DNA of 64,000 nucleotides from Schmidtea polychroa (Eukaryota): NCBI GenBank assembly GCA_044892525.1, contig CM097886.1, positions 179,230,312 to 179,294,311 of the forward strand, read 5' to 3'. Shown piece by piece: positions 61,294 to 64,000 of this stretch (position 1 is its first letter; each line of letters starts with the position of its first letter). The notes under the pieces were generated by a model. It saw only the letters and a program-made list of their open reading frames with translations, ran no database searches and was not told where the DNA came from. The position numbers and the translations under genes were made by a program.

Positions 61294-64000
61294 GTGAGGA
61301 GTCTAATGAAATTATTTGAAGTATTTATGTGATATATAAATTTCTCTAATTTAATTATTTTATAATTGACTTTTGAAATTTTAACAAAAATTTATAATAT
61401 ATTATTATATTTTTTATTTATCTTTTTAGTATTATTTTTCTATAAATCTTTTAATTTTCACGTATTTTTAATTTCATTTTCTATTATTTTTATTTATATT
61501 ATTATTTCATTTTTTATTGTTTATTTATTTTTAATATTATTATTATTTAATATCATCTTCACGTATTGTTAATTTATTATTTTTAATTTAATTTTTTATC
61601 ATTATTATTTATATTATTAATTTATTATATTTTTTATTTTTTATTAATATTATTATTTATTTTTGTTTATTTGTTTATTATTTTTATCTCATTTTATATT
61701 GTTTATTTATTTTTAATATATAATTGTTATTACTAATATTATTTAATTTTTTAACAAATTTTTAACCTTTACCTATTGTTAATTTATTATTTGTAATTTT
61801 ATTTATTAATATTAATTTATTATATTTTTTATTATTTTTTATTATTATTATTATTTTATATATTGTTAACATTATTTTATTGTTGTTTATTATTTTTTTA
61901 TTAATGTTATTTCATTATTTGTTTTTTAATATTTTTAATATATAATTGTTATTACTAATATTATTTTAATTTTTTTAGTATTATTTTTTAATAAATGTTT
62001 TAATTTTTAATTTATTAGTTTTTTTATTTCATTTATTTTTAATATTTAATTGTTATTACAAATATTTTTTTATTTTATTGATTTTATTTATTTAATTTTA
62101 ATATTTAATTGTTATAACTTATATTATTTTGATGTTAATTTTTTTATAAATTTTCATAATCTCTTTTGTTATTCACTCATTTTTAATTTATCATTATTTA
62201 TATTAATATTAATTTATTATTTTTTTTTATTTTAATATATTATTATATTCTTTAATATAATGTTAACATTTATTTTATTGTTATTTATTTTTTTATTTTT
62301 TATTAATGATATTCCATTGTTTATTTATTTTTAATATTTAATTGTTATAACTTAAATTATTAAAATATTATTTTGATGTTAATTTTCATTATTTATTTTT
62401 TACTTTTAAAAATTTAATATATTGTTAATATTATTTTATTTTTATTATTAATTTTTTTTATAAATTTTCATATTCTCTTTATTGTTATTCACTCATTTTT
62501 TAATTTATTATTATTTATATTAATATTAATTTATTATATTTTTATTATTCTAGCATTCATTATATTTTTGTCATTATTTTTTATATTTTATTTTTATTTA
62601 ATTTTTTACTTTTAAAATTTTATAAAATATTTATTTAATTATTTAAATTTATTATTTTTATTGTTTTTAATATTTGTACATTTCTAATTTTAATATTATT
62701 ATTAACATTATTTTTAATATTTCATTGTTACTATTAATATTATTTATCTTTTAGCATTATTTTTAAATAATTATTTATTAATAATTTATCATTATTATTA
62801 TTTTATTTAATATTTTCAAATTTAATATTTTTTTCAAAATTTTTTATAATTTATTATTGTTTTAATTTTATTTTTTTAATAATATTATTATTTATAATTT
62901 TTTCTATCTTTAATAATTTTGTAATTTTCCTAATTATAAATTTTTATTTATATGGTTATTATATTAATAATTTTAATATTTTTTTCTTTATAATAATTTA
63001 GTTATTATTATTTAATAATTGTTTTTCCTTTATTATTTTAATTATTTTATTCGAGATATTTTTTTTTATTTTAGAAATTTAAACAAAACAATTTGAATTT
63101 TAAAATTTTTAATATTTTCTAAATAACCCCGAAAAGAACTTTATATAATTTATTTTAAAATTTTTTGCTCTGTCAAAAATTGTCTAATAATCAATTAAAA
63201 TTCTCTCTCTGAAAACATCAAGGAATATTAAAAATCAATAGTTATGCTTCTCAGGGAATTCCTCAACGGTATATCAGAGTGAGGCCTTCCAATTACCCAA
63301 TTAACTATTATTTCTCACTCAAATATTATAACGGCCTGGAAATATCCCCATTTACAAATATAATCACGGAACAAACACATTTCAATGAATTATGTAATGA
63401 TTAATATTTATTGGCTATCTCTTAACATAATTTTTCTAATTCAAAAACTAAATTAATTTTCAACGCAATCTGTTTTAATCGTTGTTTGATATCGAAATAA
63501 ATTTTATAATATATAAATCGGGAAAAACTTTTCATTTAATAAAGTCTTCCAAAGCTTTTCTATTAAAAATTATGCGATCTAGGGATAAATAACTACTTTG
63601 TTAATGAATGATTCACTTTTTATAATGCCCATGATACTTGTATATAGCTTGATATATAGTATTTCCCACAACAAATTTAATTATCCACATTGTTCCTCTA
63701 TAAAACCGACAACATTTTGTTTATTGATATCACTGAAAATTGAAAAAGATTGTTGATCTAGTTCGCAAAATCTAAATTATTTGTGTACGGTTAGAAACCC
63801 AACAAACGGCTCAAAAAGATTTAAAAATAAGAGCATAATATTAATCGTTTTCAGAAATATAAATAAAGGAAATTAAAAATGAAAATAAAGTTTTCCATGT
63901 CTAAATGAAAGAAATTTCGTTAACTATATAATTTTTAATGTTTATGCTTTCAATTGCCATCGAATAACTGAGTATCTAGCAAGAATATGTAAACTATATT

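Larger units (their letters stand above)
47161..63593 (+). repeat. Tandem segmental repeat, copy 3 (about 16.4 kb), right part diverged
   Basis: Ends GGGATAAATAAC and then runs into unique sequence TACTTTG. Confidence 0.96.

Noticed and set aside
14721-63593. Triplication as a pure assembly artefact
   Set aside because: Not fully excluded, but copy-private SNPs, different microsatellite and VNTR lengths and a clean recombinant pattern favour real copies.

Overview
AT-rich eukaryotic DNA from an invertebrate animal with many short (about 45-80 nt) GT-AG introns; the species cannot be identified from the sequence. Left 14.7 kb: a 12-exon MFS transporter gene (OxlT/monocarboxylate-like) flanked head-to-head by two copies of one Bel/Pao LTR retrotransposon. 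The full copy (5094-12839) has 943-bp near-identical LTRs, an ACAGA target-site duplication, a tRNA-iMet primer-binding site and a polypurine tract. It has two unusual additions: a diverged ubiquitin domain ending LRLCGG in front of Gag (in frame in the second copy) and a ~200-codon ORF of unknown family inside each LTR. Right 49 kb: three tandem copies of a ~16.2-kb unit (14722-30956, 30957-47160, 47161-63593). Each unit carries four small two-exon genes that the ORF track misses, encoding a family of secreted prepropeptides with 5-Cys mature regions (acidic propiece; strongly cationic/aromatic mature peptide in two of them) arranged as two divergent pairs. Each unit also has a Quiver/Ly6-like GPI-anchored protein gene, a Merlin-like MITE nested in a foldback element, and exons 1-5 of syntaxin-1 (truncated in copies 1 and 2). 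Copy 2 is a chimera of copy 3 (left part) and copy 1 (right part), as expected from unequal crossing-over. The N runs behave like masked tandem repeats rather than true gaps.
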